Notes: generated by a model from the letters alone, not told the origin. Shown: positions 35,161-48,028, numbered from the stretch's first letter. The stretch: 64,000 bases of DNA from Octopus sinensis (GCF_006345805.1 NC_043012.1:54126001-54190000); one strand, 5' to 3'. A program made the numbers and translations.

Positions 35161-36075
35161 TCGTCAAACACTGCAAAATATTGGTCTCAAATTTTGGGCA
35201 CAAGGCCAGCAATTTCAGGATAGTGGGTAAGTTGATTACATCCATTCCAGTGCTCAACTGGTACATATTTTATCAACCTCGAAAGGATGAAAGGCAAAGT
35301 CGACCTTGAGGTAATTTTGCCAGGCGTACTTACGATTCCGCCAGCTCGCCCCCTTAAAACACAAGAAAATATTAGTTTTAAATTTTGGCACAAGGCTAGC
35401 AAGTTTGGGGAAAGGGGGTAAATTTATTGCACTTATTCCAGTGATCAACAGGTATTTATTTTATCGACCCCGAAAGGATGAAAGGCCCAGTCGATCTCGA
35501 CGGAAATTGAACTTAGAAATACAGACGAAAAATCTCCTGAGCATTTTACTGGGCTTACCAGCTTGCTACATTCAGTCACTGCAAAAGATACTAAAAATTA
35601 TTTGCAGATGACTCGAAACTTCCGAAAGACATCAGCAGATTGGTTAACTGTACAGAACTACAATCTAATCCACATGCTGCAATTTCATGGGTAAAAGAAA
35701 AACACAAGAGCCTGGTAAATAAGAGAAAAATTGAACTCAACTATTTTAGAAAAGTGTGTAAGCTTATATAACCGTATTCTCTTCCCTCGGGAAAATCTTT
35801 TAGTCATGTGATCTCAAAGCGAAGATGTATGGCATAGTGGTTACGGTGTTGGACTCATAGTCGTAAGATTGTGGTTTCAGTTCCTGGACTGGACGACGCA
35901 TTGTGTTCTTGGGCAAAGCATTTCAATTCTCTGGCAAAAATGAATAAACCTGCAGCAGAATAGAGTACCATCCTGTGGGAAATATATATATATACGCCAC
36001 GGAAACTATGAGACCGGCCATCTGAGTCCATAGGGCTTGAAAAAGGATGCGTTTTTTAAGCTTTTGATCTCAGTA

Positions 36076-36542
36076 AGGTAATCCTAACAGGACACCTTAC
36101 ATGCTAAAATGTGTACACTAATTTTATATGAAAAATATGTTGTCTATTGACTCTATTACGCATGCTAGCCACTGGTAAAAAATTTCTCTAATTTTTCTAC
36201 CCTATATATTTCTTAATATAATTTTCGTAATTTTGAAGAATGGTGGCCCATATATTTTTATTTGCTGCCGACTATAACTGTGCTTGCGCGGTAGATTTGA
36301 AAAATTATAATGTATGTAGATGGAACATGTACTGTCTACAATGTTCCACAAATATATATTAATTATAGCGCCCATGCTGATGAGAACACGGATGACAAAT
36401 TATTTTATTTGTTCATTGATGCTTGAAATCTAGGTACATGTGGTAACTATTGAAAATTCCCACTTTGGGCTCTGACTACTCCTTTTAGCATGCAAGGTGT
36501 CCTGTTAGGCTCACCTCTTTTGTGTATAAAAATGTACACTAC

Positions 36543-36545
<3 letters not shown>
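36076..36545 (+). mobile_element. Non-coding hammerhead-bearing unit with inverted 5' repeat and short direct repeat; PLE/retrozyme-like
   Basis: cctaacaggacaccttacatgctaaaa (36083-36109) is inverted relative to 36483-36509; aaaat(gt)gtacacta at about 36106 and 36529; hammerhead at 36373; (TA)n follows. Confidence 0.6.
36373..36440 (+). ncRNA. Type-I hammerhead ribozyme motif with long stem II
   Basis: catg-CTGATGA-gaacacggatgacaaat(tatttt)atttgttcattgatgctt-GAAA-tctagg-TA-catg: intact core, near-palindromic stem III, GUA triplet. Confidence 0.7.
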
Positions 36546-36591
<46 letters not shown>

Positions 36592-36593
36592 AT

Positions 36594-36752
36594 ACGACAG
36601 GCTTCATTCAGTTTCCGTCTACCAAATCGACCCACAAAGCTTTGGTCGGCCCCAGACTATAGTAGAAGACATTTGCCCAAGGTGTCATGCAGTGGGACTG
36701 AACCCGCAACCATGTGTTTGGGAAGCAAGCTTCTAACCACACAGCCACGCCT
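36594..36752 (-). mobile_element. SINE family A 5' module
   Basis: Reverse head followed by (CTAT)n. Confidence 0.8.
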
Positions 36753-36837
36753 ATCTATCTATCTATCTATCTATCTGTCTATCTGTCTGTCTGTCTGTCT
36801 ATCTATCTGTTTATCTATCTATCTGTGTGTGTGTGTG

Positions 36838-37166
36838 TTTGTGAAGGCACATGGTTCAGTGGTTAGAGTTTCGAGCTTACGATCGTGAGGTTGTGAGTTC
36901 GATTCGCGGACCGGGCTGCGTGTCGTGTTCTTGAACAAGACACTTTATTTCACGTTGCTCCAGTTCACTCAGCTGTAGAAATGAGTTGCGACGTCACTGG
37001 TGCAAAGCTGTATTGGCTCCTTTGCCTTTCCCTTGGATAACATCAGTGCTGTGGAGAGGGGAGGCTGGTATGCATGGGCGACTGCTGGTCTTCCATAAAA
37101 ATAACCTTGCCTGGAGGGTAACTTTGTAGGTGCAATCCCATAGTCATTCATGACCGAAGGGGGTCT

Positions 37167-37168
<2 letters not shown>
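36838..37168 (+). mobile_element. SINE with head D and a fourth tail type (ggctggtatgcatgggcgactgctggtcttcc...gaagggggtct)
   Basis: A related tail fragment lies at about 16410-16535. Confidence 0.75.
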
Positions 37169-37212
<44 letters not shown>

Positions 37213-37934
37213 CATATGTATGTACGCACACACACATGGATAGATGGTTGTGTGTATGTTATATTTCTTTTCCGCTATTATCTGAATTGTGTTTTGGGGG
37301 TTTTTTCTATAGAAAAAAGCAAAGAATTGGCTCCTAAAAAGCAACAAAAATGACTGTAGTACTAGAATTTTGATAACAAGTAGTCTTCCATATATTTATG
37401 TTCCGCTTACAGACTGTAATTGTAAAGTGCGTGCTAGCTGGTCACTTTTGCTGGCCTGAAGACCTTAGCTTTTCTTTTCTTTTTCTTTTCTTTTTCTTTT
37501 TTTTTTTTCGAATTACTACTTAGACACATTGTAACATAACCAATTGCACAAATAATTATAGGTAGATTTGCGAATGAATAATCAACGAAGAGAAACTACC
37601 GCTTCCGAAGCAGTCATCTGTTTCTCATTTGTATGAATGTGCGTATGTATGGATGTCCAAATTGCCCATAGCTTCATCAACAACTCTATCATTCATTTCA
37701 TCGTGTAGTTCAAAGTTTATGCTCATACCTGTCAGGTTATGTTCCGTCTACATATGCCATAAATGTATCGTTCTATTCGACCGAGCCACATTATATCTAA
37801 ATATGCGTGTGCATCTCGTTTGGGAATTCAAAATTATTACGTTTCTATTGTATCGAAATTCAGCTTCATGTCTCGTGACGGTAAAACATTCATCGTCTCT
37901 CAACACAACAACGTCTGAATGGCTCAATCTTACT

Positions 37935-37973
37935 TTTCTCTCTCTCTCTCTCTCTCTCCCTCTCTTTCTCTCT

Positions 37974-38021
<48 letters not shown>

Positions 38022-38069
38022 CATACATATATATATGTTATATATATATATACACATACACACACACAC

Positions 38070-38100
<31 letters not shown>

Positions 38101-39390
38101 CATACACACATACATATATACACATAAATTTCTATCTCTCCCTCATTCGCTCTCTGTGTTATCTCATTGACTGTCATTTTGTTTCCCTCTCTCCCTCTTA
38201 TTTCTGTCTCTTCCTACAACCCCTACCTTTATATTTATATGTGCGTTCATATGTGTGTGTATGTATGTGTGTGTGTCTATGCATATATTATATATATAAA
38301 TGTGTGTGTGCATATATACACATTTTTTCACACACATACATATGCATTTATATATATATTTCACAGAAATGTGTGCATGTATGTGTGTATGTGTGTGTAT
38401 TTAAGTATATGTATATATATGTCTCCCCTTCGTAAATGTATATAAAGACACAGGGAAAAATGTGTCAAAGCCATCAGGAGGCGTTCGATGCTTCCTAGGG
38501 CTATACAGCGGTGATGTACCCCCTACTGTCACGTTCTTGTTAGGTTGACAGTATACAACCATTCTATCGCCCCACCACCGTGCATGTCTCTACGAGAGAT
38601 TTAGAAATTCAATATTTCTTATATATATAGCTAGATATATGTTATGTGTACATATTATAGATACATGCTTACATACATGCATGCATGCATACATACATAC
38701 ATACATACATACATACATACATACATACATACATACATACATACATACATACATACATACATACATACATACATACATACACTCATGTACAAACGAAAGA
38801 AATGCGCATTCAACGTGTTTCATAGAGCTGATGTTATTTCTATTCTATAAATTTTATTGAGATATTCACAGAAGCGAGAAAAACCATAGCTGATCGTTGA
38901 GATGCCGGTATTGCAATCACACAAATGAACAAAAGTGTTTTTCTTATTTCTATGAAATATTATGTAATGTGATTCAAATCTATATGCTAATATGTTCTAT
39001 GTTGTATGTATGTATGTATGTATGTATGTATGTATGTATGTATGTATGTATGTATGTATGTATGTATGTGTGTGTGTTTCTATGTGTGTATGTTTATTTA
39101 CGCATAAAAATGCCTGTGTGTGTGTAAGTGTGTATTGTATATATTTTGCGTGCAAACATTCTTATAAACTTACAAAAATATATATAGATAGAATAGGTAG
39201 ATAGATAGATATGAATATATATATACATATATATACATATTAATATATATATATACAATATATATACTATATATACATATATATACATATATATATATAC
39301 ATAAATACATATATATATACAAATATATATATACATATATACATATATAATATATACATATATATACATATATATATAATACATTATATA

Positions 39391-39446
<56 letters not shown>

Positions 39447-39600
39447 ACATAGATAAGACACACATATGCACATGTATACTTATATAGTATATATATAGTT
39501 GCATGGAAATGTAAATACATACATACATACATACATACATACATACATACATACATACATACATACATACATACATACATACAAATACATATACATACGC
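37935..39600. repeat. Region of (CT)n, (TA)n, (TACA)n, (TATG)n microsatellites with short unique spacers
   Basis: Directly visible; source of the 268-aa artefactual ORF. Confidence 0.8.
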
Positions 39601-40119
39601 ATTCATGGAAATATTAAAACTGAAATCCAACAGATTATGCTAGATAAAAAGAAAAGAGTCCAAAGTGATTTTCATTTTTACCATCGTTTTGTATCTCATC
39701 ATACGTACGAAGAAGAAATAACAGATGATATATTGTTCACATGATCCACCATAAGATCTATTAAGAATTGACTCCTCAAGAAAGACTCGTGGTTTGATGA
39801 TTGTCGATGACTACGAAGTATTGCTCAAGAGATGTAATCTAACAACGAATGAAGTCATTGCTTGACTTGCTAGAAACAGCAACCAAATCTCGCTCAAGTC
39901 GTACCCAATATTTGTTTGAAAACATGAAGTGAACGTTTGATAATGTAGTTCTTGGTCAGTTTGTAAAAGTGAATGGTCAAGTGTTCGACTGATGATCAAA
40001 AGATCGAGAGAGCAATTTCTCGACCGCGCAGTCCATTGTACTCTTGAGCAAGGCACTTTATTTCACACTCTTCCGGTGTATTCAACTGTAATGAGTTTCG
40101 GTCGGGTGCAAGTGCAGCA

Positions 40120-40131
40120 CCCACACACACA

Positions 40132-40197
<66 letters not shown>

Positions 40198-40350
40198 ACG
40201 CAACACGCACGCGGACACACACACATTCACATATACTCACCTTCTAACACACACACTCTTTCTCAGACACATACACACCACACACACTCACACACTCTCT
40301 CACACACACATTTTCTCACTCTTTCTCTCTTTCTGTTTCTTTCTCTCTCA

Positions 40351-40383
<33 letters not shown>

Positions 40384-40550
40384 ACGCAACACGCACGCGG
40401 ACACACACATACATTCACATATACTCACCTTCTAACACACACACTCTCTCAGACACACACACACCACACATATTCACACACTCTCTCACACACACATTTT
40501 CTCATTCTTTCTCTCTCTCTCTATTTCTTTCTCTCTCACTCTCTCTCTCA

Positions 40551-40585
<35 letters not shown>
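40120..40585. repeat. (CT)/(CA)-rich tract containing a tandem 188-bp duplication
   Basis: tcacgcaacacgcacgcggacac...atatactcaccttctaac at about 40196 and 40383. Confidence 0.85.
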
Positions 40586-40586
<1 letters not shown>

Positions 40587-40970
40587 CTCTTCAACTGTCA
40601 CATCCGAGATTTTCTAATGAACGAAGGATGATAGTGACAAGAGAGTGTCTAGGTCTGCTTTCGATTACATTGACACCTGAAGCAACTAACGAAAGCTTGG
40701 TATTGATATTACCAAACCAAACACGCTCGCAAGTCACAGCCGGCTGTTTTCGTACATTAGTGGTCTTAAAGTGAACGCTGTCACTGTTTTGCGAGCGATG
40801 AGAGCTCACAAATGTGACGTAAATATGAAAAGAGAGATATGGGAAGCACGGAATGTTTAGAGGCGTTTCTTGTTCTTAGAAATTAAATATTTCGACTAGG
40901 TGTATTACTTACATTTTAAACACTTTTAACAACAAATCTTTGTCAGGATCAATATATAAAGCGAAAATGT

Positions 40971-41365
40971 GTGGAGGCGCAATGGCCCAGTGGTTAGGGC
41001 AGCGGACTCGCGATCATAGGATAGCGGTTTCGATTCCCAGAGCGGGCGTTGTGAGTGTTTATTGAGCAAAAACACCTAAAAAGCTCCACGAGGCTCCGGC
41101 AGGGATGGTGGTGATCCCTGCTGTACTCTTTCACCACAACTTTCTCTCACTCTTACTTCCTGTTTCTGTTGTACCTGTATTTCAAAAGGGCCGGCCTTGT
41201 CACTCTCTGTGTCACGCTGAATATCCCCGAGAACTACGTTAAGGGTACACGTGTCTGTGGAGTGCTCAGCCACTTACACGTTAATTTCACGAGCAGGCTG
41301 TTCCGTTGATTCGGATCAACCAGAACCCTCGTCGTCGTAACCGACGGAGTGCTTCCATTTTTTCC
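40971..41365 (+). mobile_element. SINE family C (OR-like), full length
   Basis: TSD ataaagcgaaaatgt at 40956-40970 and 41366-41380; 3' stem-loop ttccgttgat-tcgg-atcaac. Confidence 0.9.
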
Positions 41366-41909
41366 ATAAAGCGAAAATGTAAAGAGAAAATATGACTGAT
41401 GATGAGTCAAACATCCAATATAAATTCGTTATTTATAAAGGCCTCGCCATTTTTAAGATTCTATGAAAAATTAATATATGCTGCATTGTTTCATGCGCAT
41501 GTCTAAAAAGAGTTACCTACTGGATGGAGTATTTTAAAAAATAATATGGATGATTGAACCGGGGTGCAAAATTAACTTCTGTTTGGTTAAAATAATTAAT
41601 CTTTTCGTCGGCGAAACGTGTGAAGAAGATGCTTGTAAAACGTCCTTCAGTGCATGAGGGAAGTGAACACTATAAAGGTTTAAGAAGCCCTATCCTAGAT
41701 AAATTTTGTTCACTTCTGACCTTCCATACATTTTGTATATAAAGAGTGAATTTTGTGTGTATATTTAGAGTTGAACTGTTCATGTAGCCATAATGTTTCG
41801 CTGATCTGATGAGCTAGATTTCCTTATTTGCATTCATTTTTGAATATATAATTGCATTGTATAATGCTGGTTATCCATATTAATGCAAGCATGTATGCAT
41901 ATTTTCTTG

Positions 41910-42290
41910 CAGAGGCCCGAAATTTTGGGGGAGGCGGCCAGTCGATTAGATCGACCCACGTACGCAACTGTTACTTAATTTATCGACCCCGAAAGGATGA
42001 AAGGGAAAGTCGACCTCGGCGGAATTGGAACTCAGAACGTAAAGACAGACGAAATACCTATTTCTTTACTACCCACAAGGGGCTAAACACAGAGAGGACA
42101 AACAAGGACAGACAAACGGATTAAGTCGATTACATCGACCCCAGTGCGTAACTGGTACTTATTTAATCGACCCCGAAAGGATGAAAGGCAAAGTCGACCT
42201 CGGCGGAACTTGAACTCAGAACGTTAAGACAGACGAAATACCGCTAAGCATTTCGCCCGGCGTGCTAACTTTTCTGCCAGCTCGCCGCCT
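41910..42290 (-). mobile_element. SINE family B, dimeric (head-body-tail1-body-tail2)
   Basis: Same aaagaaatag|gtatttcg junction as 1138-1629 and 2298-2660. Confidence 0.85.
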
Positions 42291-42519
42291 TAAAGAATGC
42301 TTTCTACTCTAGGTACAAGGCTCAAAATTTTAGGGGAGGAGGTCAGTCGATTAGACTCCAAAGAGTAAGTGGAAAGGCTAGAATAGAAGAGAGAGGGTGA
42401 GAGAAAGAAAAGGGGAAGAATGAAGGCAAGAGAGAGAGTCACACGGGTATACAAACAATGCAATACAACACAGTGTCCACAGGATGATGGACAAGAACGA
42501 ACATACGAGCAAATGCATG

Positions 42520-42569
<50 letters not shown>

Positions 42570-42819
42570 ACATCTATGTTTTTGCCCCTCCCCACTTATT
42601 TCCTGGCATCTTAGTTTCAGAATCGAAGCTTCATATCAAAAGTACTATTTTCAGCGTCCAAACTGTTGTCTCTGTCCATAGATTTATCGATCTTCACACA
42701 TCTGTCTCTAGCCGTAAATATCTGTCTTTCTAATAAATCGATCTTGCAATATATTTACTAAGTGCAGAAAGTAACTTCACACCTCAACAACTATAACAAC
42801 AAGAATAAGGAAAAACTGC

Positions 42820-42868
42820 AACTACTACTACTACTACTCCTACTACTACTACTACTACTACTACTACT

Positions 42869-42899
<31 letters not shown>

Positions 42900-42972
42900 A
42901 ATACTACTACTACTACTAATGCTACTACTACTAATGCTACTGCTGCTACTACTACTAATGTTACTGCTACTA

Positions 42973-43004
<32 letters not shown>

Positions 43005-43300
43005 ACTACTACTACGAAGAAGAAGAAGAAGAAGAGAAGAAGAAGAAGAAGAAGAAGAAGAAGAAGAAGAAGAAGAAGAAGAAGAAAGAAGAAGAAGAAG
43101 ACGAGAGAAGAAGAAAGAAGAAGAAGGAGAAGAAGAAGAGAGAAGAAGGAAGAAGAAGAAGAAGAAGAAGAAGAAGGGGAAAGAAGAAGAAGAGGAGAAG
43201 AAGGGAAGAAGAAGAAGGAAGAAGAAAGAAGAAGAAGAAGAAGAAGAGATAGAAGAAGAAGAAGAGAGAAGAGAAGAAGAAGAGAAGAAGAAGAAGAAGA
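42820..43300. repeat. (CTA/CTG)n then (GAA)n tracts
   Basis: Directly visible; source of the poly-T/A/R/E ORFs. Confidence 0.92.
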
Positions 43301-43662
43301 ATTTGTCTATTGCATTCACAAGGCTTGGGGAAGCTTGGGGAAGCTTGGGGAAGCTTGGGGAAGGAGATAGTTGATTACATCGACCCTAGTGCGCTAATGA
43401 TACTTATTTTATCGACCCTGAAAGAATGACAGAGAAAATCGACCTCGGCGGAATTTGAACTCAGAACGTAAAATAGAAAGAAATACTGCTAAGCATTCTG
43501 CCCGGCGCCGTAATGCTAGCTCGCCACCTTAATGATAATGATAACCCTTTCTATTATAGGCACAAGGCCTGAAATCTGGGGGATGGGGATAGTCGATTTC
43601 ATCATTTTATCGACACGGTAATGATTCCGCCAGCTCGACGCTTTCGAAATAATAATGATAAT

Positions 43663-43724
<62 letters not shown>

Positions 43725-43728
43725 TAAT

Positions 43729-43916
43729 CGGGGAACGTTTAAGATGTAAGAAGGAAAATACAGAGCTCCGAAATCTATCCACAAAAGGAACACCGGAGAA
43801 CGTTTAAGATGTAAGAAGGAAAATACAGAGCTCCGAAATCTAGCCACAAAGGGAACACCGGGGAACGTTTAAGATGTAAGAAGGAAAATACAGAGCTCCG
43901 AAATCTATCCACAAAC
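43729..43916 (+). repeat. 65-bp tandem repeat, 2.9 units
   Basis: cgg(g/a)gaacgtttaagatgtaagaaggaaaatacagagctccgaaatct... at 43729, 43794 and 43859. Confidence 0.92.
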
Positions 43917-45003
43917 ATCGAAAACAAGGACATCCTAAGGAGCCAAAGATTTACTAACGAAGAATTGGACTGTATCCGAGTAAGTAATACTAATTGAAAT
44001 TTATTACTATTTTCGAAACGAAATGATGTATTTTGACTCGATATCATCTCCACCTCTAACACAACACATGTAAACATGCGTGGAACATCATGATCATCCC
44101 CGACCCCAAACACCATGTACAAAGGAACTACGAAGAAATTAAATGCCACCGATACTATTCAACCAAGAATAACAATCGAGCGGTACGTACATTAAATTAC
44201 AACAAAAAATGTACGAAAAACTACACGTGCGAAATAATGTGACAACAGAAATAAACGGACCGGTACCCTACGAAAATGACGACCGTCAAAATAATGGGCC
44301 GGACGTTGTACCTCATGTCCCGCAAATAAAACCCAAAAGACGTAAATGGACACGTGAGGAATACATTTCTATCTTACACGCATACTTCACAGCAATGCTC
44401 TACCCAAAAAATGAAAATACAACAACACATACATATAAAAATAGGAAGGAAAATAATAGAGATATAGACTTGGATACAGCAATGAACCCTATAAATTAGC
44501 TAACGTACGAAGATACATTCTCAAAGCAAAAAAATATCAGAAATAGAAATAGAACATTCAAAAGAAAAAATACACCAGGAAAATGTAGATAGAAGCCACA
44601 CAACAATGCACAATAATATAAACACTGAAACTGTAAAACACGAAGACAAACGCAACATTCCCAACAAACACGATGTAAACAACGAAGGGGAGCCTAATGA
44701 TTATGATAATATAAAAAATAAAATAATCAAAGAACTGAAAACCACAGAAAACAATTCCTATCATAGTAGGTGCATTAGGCCTGATAAAAAAATATTCAGA
44801 CAAATACATAACAAAAACACCAGAACTTACAAACACATATACCATACAGAAAATTGCACTACTAGGCACCTGCACACATCCTACGCAGAACACTTTCCAT
44901 ACAATAACCATCAGAGCATCACAACAAATCACAGCACATACCCAAGGCACACAGAGCTGCGCTCGGTAGTGAAGTGAAAGCACGCTATAAATAAAACTAC
45001 TGA
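43729..45003 (+). mobile_element. Internally deleted R4/Dong-like non-LTR retrotransposon in (AAT)n
   Basis: N-terminal KRRKWTREEYISILHAYFTAM...KLANVRRYILKAKKISEIEIE is joined near 44755 to the REL C-terminus IPIIVGALGLIKKYSDKYITKTP...QKIALLGT.HILRRTLSIQ*, then a 3' UTR and (AAT)n. RT domain absent. Confidence 0.8.
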
Positions 45004-45116
45004 ATAATAAATAATAAATAATAATAATAATAATAATAATAATACTATAATAATAATAATAATAATAATAAGTGAGACTTGGTGCCAACTTGTACAAATG
45101 TAAACAAAATTCAAAC

Positions 45117-45152
<36 letters not shown>

Positions 45153-45195
45153 TATATAATAATAATAAAATAATAATATAATAATAATAATAATA

Positions 45196-45248
<53 letters not shown>

Positions 45249-45269
45249 TTTTTGTTTTTGCTTTTGTTT

Positions 45270-46250
45270 TTTGTAGTTTTGTAAAGCAAAATGCCGCAGA
45301 ACCGCTATTATTAGAAATAAGAAGGATTAAGCTTGTGTAGGATGAAAGATTGCAAAGATAAAGCACTGTACAAGAAATTAAAAACGAATGAAACTGAAAA
45401 TAGTTGGGTAAAGAAAAGAATGCATCGTCAATTTCATAGAGATGTTGAAGATAAGACAGACAGAGAATAAATATGGCTGTGCATCACTAAAAGTGATTTA
45501 AAACCGGAAACGGAGGCTCTAATCAGTGCTGCCCAAGAGCAAAGCACTAAGAACAAACTACATAAAATAGAGAATAGCCAACACAGCAGAAAGTGATAAG
45601 TGCAAAATCAGTGGACAAAATGGTAAAACCGTATGGCATATTACCAGCCAATGTACGCAACTATCCCAGAAGGAATATAAGAGACGCCGCGACAATATAG
45701 CCGGGCTTGTCCATTGGATACTTTGCAACAAGTATGGACTTGACAGAGCAAAAAATTGATACGACCACAAACACGAAGGCATCGTCGAAAATAAAAATGC
45801 AAATATCATACGGAATTTTATGATTCAGTGCGACCATGAGATAGAGAATAGAAAGCCGGACATAGTCTTAATTGAGAAAGAAAACAAACTATGCTGGATC
45901 ATAGATATAGCATGCCCAGCTGACAACAAGGTATGCGATAAGGAAGAAAGAAAAGTTGAGAGATATAACAAGTTAGCTTGGGAAGTTAAGCAGTTGTTGT
46001 CAATAAAAAAGGTAGCAGTAGTACCAATAATTGTCGGAGCCCTGGGAACAGTGAGCAAAAATCTCGAGAAGTACGTGGAACAAATAGGGGCTGCAATAAG
46101 GTTGGAGCATTTGCAGAAAACAGCACTGCTTGGAACCTCTCGAATATTCTGGAAGGTGCTCGAAAAATAAGAGGTGTTACCTTAGTTCTCTGGTAGTGAA
46201 CAGCTGACAGTGCAGTACATCTCCAGCGTTAGAAGCTGTGCAAAAGGCAA
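45270..46250 (+). pseudogene. 5'-truncated R4/Dong-like LINE: zinc knuckle and REL endonuclease
   Basis: LKPETEALISAAQEQ, C..S....TVWHITSQC, EYKRRRDN, IQCDHEIENRKPDIVLIEKENKLCWIIDIACPAD...VPIIVGALG...LQKTALLGTSRIFWKVLEK*; (AAC/AAT)n tail. Confidence 0.9.
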
Positions 46251-46280
46251 TTAATAACAACAACAACAACAATAACAATG

Positions 46281-46315
<35 letters not shown>

Positions 46316-46360
46316 TAATAATAATAATAACAACAACAACAACAATAATAATAATAATAA

Positions 46361-46645
46361 TTGGCACAACGCGAATACAAGCGACGCCATGACAATGAGG
46401 CAAGAATGATCCATTGGGAACTCTGTGGAAATCACGGCCTACAAAGAGCAAAGACGTGATATGAGCAAACCCCAGAAGGAGTCACTGAGAATAAAGATTG
46501 CAAAATCCTGTGGGATGTAATGTTGCAGTGCAATCACCTGACCAGACATTGGAAACCGAACATTGTTGTGGTCAATAAAAAAGAAAGAACTTGCCTTATA
46601 ATCGCCATAACATGTTCTGGTTACAACAACACCAAAGAGACCTAG
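46361..46645 (+). pseudogene. Third R4/Dong-like fragment
   Basis: LAQREYKRRHDNEARMIHWELC...EGVTENKDCKILWDVMLQCNH...KPNIVVVNKKERTCLII. Confidence 0.85.
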
Positions 46646-46702
46646 TAATAATAACGACAATATTATTGTTGCTACTGCTACTGCTACTACTACTATTACT
46701 AC

Positions 46703-46830
46703 GTCGAATGAACAGGGTACATGTCTTGAGTTGGATCCTGTTAACGAACTCTGTACTTTGAGACAGGTCGAATGAACAGGGTATATGTCTTGAGTTGGAT
46801 CCTGTTAACGAACTCTGTACTTTGAGACAC
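46703..46830. repeat. 64-bp tandem duplication
   Basis: gtcgaatgaacagggtacatgtcttgagttggatcctgttaacgaactctgtactttgagacag twice, 2 differences. Confidence 0.92.
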
Positions 46831-47922
46831 AGAAAGTTCCTAACAGTGTTATCAACAGTAATACCGTATCAAAATTCCCGAATGCTTCTTTACTTGTCTT
46901 CGATCCCCACTTTTAAGTCACACGCCGTCCTTCCGTTGTTTAATACGAAGTCATGAATAGCATATCAAAAAATAACGAGGTAGTTCAATAAAAGAATGAT
47001 GAATAGCCTTTCATTTAAACGAGATCCGCTGTTATTAGAACTATTGTCATTCATTGACAATAAATGGGCGAAAATTATTAATTCTTTCAATATACTTATC
47101 ATCAAGAGGCAAGAATGGATATAATTTTTTCTCTCTAATCTTCTTCACGCTTAATCGGAGCAGTCTTTTATCCGACCTTCTCTACTAACATTTCTGCTAA
47201 CAAGAGACTATTCTTCGTATGTGATTCTTAATATTTCTTAATTCCAGATTGTGCAAGCCGCTAATATAGAAAGCCTATATTTTGCTTCTATCCAAGTGGA
47301 AATACTTTTTTGTTAATAGAAAATATAAGCATATATAATCCAAAAATCAATTTCCTGGTAATTTCTCTCAGTGTTCTTATAGAAAATAACTTCGTAACGG
47401 ACGTTGTAGACGAGATGACATCTTTGTATTATTTTTCTATCAAAATATTTCGGAATTGAAGTATTTTTAAATACACTTGTTTCTTTGGTTTTGGTTTCGC
47501 TTTATTATCACTATCATTATTGTTGTTGTTGCTGGTGTTGTTGTTATTGTTGTTGTTGTTGTTGTTGCAGTTGTTGTTGTTGCTGTTTGCATTTGTTGTT
47601 GCTGTTGCGGTTTGCAGTTGTTATTGTTAATTTAAGTTGATGTGACAGAAACCGTACATTTCTGATATGAATAAATTATAAGAAAGCAAAACTAAAAATA
47701 ACAATAACGAATGAATGAAGAAATAAAATAAAAATTTGAAGTAACAAAGAAAAAAAGTAAACAAAACGGAAATAAAAATAAGCAAAACAAAAGAAAAATT
47801 AAATTTATTCTTCGACGAAAGAGAAAAATCAATATTTTCACACTTCTGTCCTGAAACACCGTAGAGAGCAAGCATAAAATTCCAGCACGGAGTCGAGACA
47901 AATATGTTAGCATGCCAGAATA

Positions 47923-48028
<106 letters not shown>

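Noticed and set aside
37629-38435. 268-aa ORF
   Set aside because: Mostly (CT)n/(TA)n/(CA)n translation; the unique N-terminal part has no recognisable motif.
12700-41815. Other CTGANGA hits (about 12706, 27186, 27978, 39991, 41807; minus 25476, 32058, 32645)
   Set aside because: Each lacks a correctly placed GAAA or the stem I and II pairing.
42762-43374. Long poly-L/A/T/R/E ORFs on both strands
   Set aside because: Stop-free trinucleotide repeats, not proteins.
44558-45366. 243-aa and 145-aa minus-strand ORFs
   Set aside because: Antisense to the R4 remnant and (AAT)n tracts.
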